The notes below the pieces were generated by a model. It worked only from the letters and a program-made list of their open reading frames with translations, ran no database searches and was not told the DNA's origin. 64,000 nt of DNA from Protoeuglena noctilucae. Lineage: Eukaryota. This document shows, one piece after another, positions 60,819 to 64,000 of the stretch (the first letter of the stretch is position 1; each line of letters opens with the position of its first letter). The DNA lies in NCBI GenBank assembly GCA_958009085.1, contig OY253675.1:1116001-1180000 (forward strand), in the 5' to 3' direction. The position numbers and the translations under genes are program-made.

Positions 60819-62448
60819 TCAGCTGAGGGCGGCCGCGTGCCGCGCTGCGAGGCGCAGCAGGTGTCGCTCGGCGTCGCGCCAGTCGGTCACGCGGCGGATG
60901 CGAGGGTGAGTGTCGAGCCCCTCGCCCTGCGGTAAGGTACAGATGCAAGGTATGCACGAGTCGCACTTGGCGAGTTGAGACAACTCTGCTTAGTTACACC
61001 TCATTGTATTGTGCCGATTCTCTCGCCTTGCTCCATGGGTATTCGAGCCCCCAGTCGTAGAGGAGGACGTCGATGCCGGCGTCGGCGCACTCGCGGGCGT
61101 ACCCCGGGTTGTCGTCCACCAGCACCTGCGCCCCGATCTCGCGGCAGATCTCGCTCTTGGGCCTCGACGCCCCCGCCAGGGCGAAGTGGTTGCCGAAGTG
61201 CACCTCCCCAAACACGCCCGGGAAGTGCGCCTGCGAGTGCGGGGGCAATGGCATGATCAGACGGACCGTGTCTTACCCATGCATGCCGGGTCAGATGCGC
61301 ATCCCTGTAACTCCCCGTCTCTCACCTCGATCCACGCCAGTGTTGGCTCGCGGATGGCGTGCTGCCTTGAGGTCACAACCACGAGGTCGCAGTGGGCGGA
61401 GAGGCGGCGGAGGGACTCAAGGGCGCCCGGGATGGGCGGGATGCCGGCGGCGAAGTGCGGCGACTGGAAGAACTCGTGGACGATGTGGTTGGAGTGGTCG
61501 GTGGAGCACTGCCACACCGACGCAAAGACGTACCGGTCGTAGTCGGACACGGTGAAGCGCATGCCGTGGCGCTCGGCCAGGAAACGGTTCAGGCACACCA
61601 GGAACTGACCCAGGACCTCGTCCACGTCCACGGCGACGCGCAGGCGGGCCGGCGCGGAGGGCGCAGGGGCGTGGGGAGGGCGGCGCGAAGGGCCGACTGC
61701 GAGAGGGGAAGCTTGGGAGAGACATCATCGGATGTCGACGACAGAACGCAAATGTACCAGCAGGCGCTGCGAGGGAGGCGTCGGCGACGCTTGGGGGCAA
61801 ACGCTGGGGCGCCCGGCAGCGCACAACTGGCTGCGAGCGCGCGAAGCCCGGGGGGGCGGCGCGCGCGGTCGGGCAGCACGAGAAAGATCGAGTCCGCGCG
61901 GCCGCAGTGCGAGGACCGCGCAGGCCGCGAGGACGGCGCGGGCCGGGGCACAGGTCTCCGCACGCGCCGCAGAGTTTTGAAAAGCGCTGCAGTCGGGCCG
62001 GCGTGGGGCCGGCCCGTACGAGTGTGAGGGCCCAGGAACCCGTCGGCAAGGCGGAAAAGGCGCAATGCAGTAGGGCCGCGACGCGCACGCCCCTCCAAAG
62101 CTGAGCGCGGTCGGGACGCGCTGCGGACCGCACCAGCGGTCCTTGCAGGGGGACGAGCAAGTGACATTGCCACGAAATAACGAGAGGCACGCGACGAGGA
62201 GTCTCGCCAAAGCCTGACCAGCCCGGGGAGGGGAACGCACCCGAATGGACCGGCTGCGCGCCCAGGTCGAGCGCCAGAGCCCCGGCCTTGATGCGACTGT
62301 CTCTGAGATGAGATGCCTTCCCGTAATCGCCGCCCGGGGCCGCGGCTGCGCGGGTCGACACCCTCCCCGCGCTTCGACGCTCCCGGGGGCCCGCTGCGGC
62401 AGCCGAGCAGCTACAGGCGCATGGCAGGTGAACCGCCAGCGGCCGCAT
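60819..62448 (-). CDS. HAD-superfamily 5'(3')-deoxyribonucleotidase (NT5C)-like protein; 5' exons uncertain
   Basis: VAVDVDEVLG, PIPGALESL, VVVTSRQ, HFGNHFAL..KSEIC..VLVDDNPGYA, YPWSK-..HPRIRRVTDW. Confidence 0.88.
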
Positions 62449-62948
62449 TGACGAGGATACCCAGCAGACGATCGCAAGTGCCGCCAACTGATGCAAGGGA
62501 AGACCGCCTTGCCCAGACAAACACACGGCGGGCAGGCGGGCAGCAACTTCGGCACTGGGCGCATCGGTGGCCCGGCGACGGCGAGGAGCGCGGCCGGCTT
62601 TTGTATGCCCTACGTCAGAATTGGCGCCCACGCTTTGATTGAGGCCCTGGCGATGCCCACGCTTCGTGAGTCACTCGAAAGGACCGGTGGGCTGCGATCG
62701 GGGGCGTCTGCTCTCGCGCAGCAGCGCATCTCGGCGCTCATGGCGCCACGCGTGCTGGCCTAGACCTCGCCGATGCCGAGCGCCCGCACGAGCTCGTGCG
62801 CGACGAGCGTTAATGGCTTCCGGGCCTCCGCGCCCCCCGCGGCCGGCCTCCCCTGAGGATCTGGACGATCCCCAGGCCGCGCAGATGGGCCCTCACTACC
62901 GCAAGCCGAGCAAGCCGCCGCTCTCGCCGGGGACACGCGAGGGCGACT

Positions 62949-63878
62949 ATGAGGACTCTCCCGCACGGTGATGCGCAAGCCCAGGCTGAAGTCCTCGCGC
63001 TCCCATCGACCCCTCTGCTGCCTGTCGCCTTCGCCCACGTGCCGCCATCCCCCAGCCGCAGTCCCTTCCGCCCCGCCGTCCTCTCCCGCCTCCTCCGCTG
63101 GGCCGACGGAGCTGCGAGGGCCCTGCCTCTCTTGAACCGCCTCCACCGAGCACGCGTCCCCCTGCTGCTGGTCGCCCTCACGGCGCTCCTGCTCACCGCC
63201 CTCCGCGCTGTGTGGAGCACGCCCCTGCCTTGCCTGCCCCCCGGCGTGGGTCAGACAGACGCGGAGGGCAGGTCCCTGCCCCGCGCGTCGCTGCTGCCGC
63301 CCGGGTCGCCCCTGCCACGGTACCCCGGTCCGCCACCCTCCGAGGTGACACGGCAGGTCCTGACTTGACCAAGATAGCCACATGCTGTGTTACGGAGCTG
63401 TTGCTAAGACCTCACCCGCTCGTTGTTTCCTAAGCGATGGTGATTGACTCACTGCCACCCGCCCCTGCGCACTCACGCAGCCCAACAAGTACACGCTCCT
63501 CGTCAACACCTTCCGCCGCCCAGACCTCCTCCGCCAGTGCATCGCGGCCTACGAGAGCTGTCCCCGCGTTGACGCCATCCACGTCGTGTGGTCTGAGCCG
63601 TCTCCACCCCCCGACCCCTCCCTCTCCCCCAACCTCTTCAGCCCCCGCATGCAAGTCACCTACCACCCCTTCCCCACCACCTCCTTCACCAACCGCTTCC
63701 GCCCCGTCGACGGCATCCGCACCGCCGCCGTCGTGAGCATCGACGACGACGTCTACACGCCCTGCGCCAGGCTGGACGAGGCTTTCGATGCCTGGAAGAG
63801 ACACCCGCACCTGCTCGTGGGGTTCTACCCCAGGGCGACACCGGCAGAAAGGGGCGACGGGGGCACGTGCCGGTACAG
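62949..63878 (+). CDS. Glycosyltransferase family 64 (EXTL2/EPC1-like) type II membrane protein; continues beyond the window
   Basis: TM VPLLLVALTALLLTALRAVW, then YTLLVNTFRRPDLL..IHVVWSE..SFTNRFRP..IRTAAVVSIDDDV..AFDAWK..LLVGFYPR. Confidence 0.92.
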
Positions 63879-64000
63879 GTGACGCGACCGTGTTGGGGAG
63901 GGGCTGTGTGCGTGTGTGCGCTTGTCAGACTTAGCTCTGCGAGGGAACAGTTGGCAGCAGATGTACCTTCGGTCCTCGACCCTGCAGCTACGCCAACAAG

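Overview
Gene-dense, GC-rich eukaryotic DNA with many short spliceosomal introns and the standard genetic code. It is most likely from a green alga (plastid-targeted PLGG1, RPL13 and FKBP; flagellate marker SAS6-like). About 20 spliced genes can be reconstructed by hand: PLGG1/LrgB, SAS6L, Timeless, NBP35, a kinesin, SLX1, an NDUFAF4-like gene, plastid RPL13, a G3BP-like NTF2 gene, Ran, SEC14, dienelactone hydrolase, FKBP, a HAD/NT5C hydrolase, a GT64 glycosyltransferase and several unknowns. There is a 200-N gap at 48372-48571. The standout is a ~10 kb island (26.1-36.3 kb) between two copies of a duplicated kinesin/SLX1 block. It holds a divergently oriented pair of genes with colinear calcium-binding EGF arrays. 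The minus-strand gene splices into an MLKL-like four-helix-bundle N-terminus, a non-RD RLK/Pelle-type kinase, a hydrophobic segment, ~15 EGF modules and a 7-blade WD40; it has one in-frame TAG and one 1-nt frameshift as assembled. The plus-strand gene encodes signal peptide, ~10 EGF modules, a TM helix and a coiled coil. This looks like a candidate cell-surface recognition/cell-death module. Other window-wide oddities are frequent GC-AG introns, degenerate 'echo' copies of exon-intron junctions inside the adjacent introns, and introns with G-rich 5' and C-rich 3' ends. All gene models are manual and all family calls come from motif recognition, not database searches.
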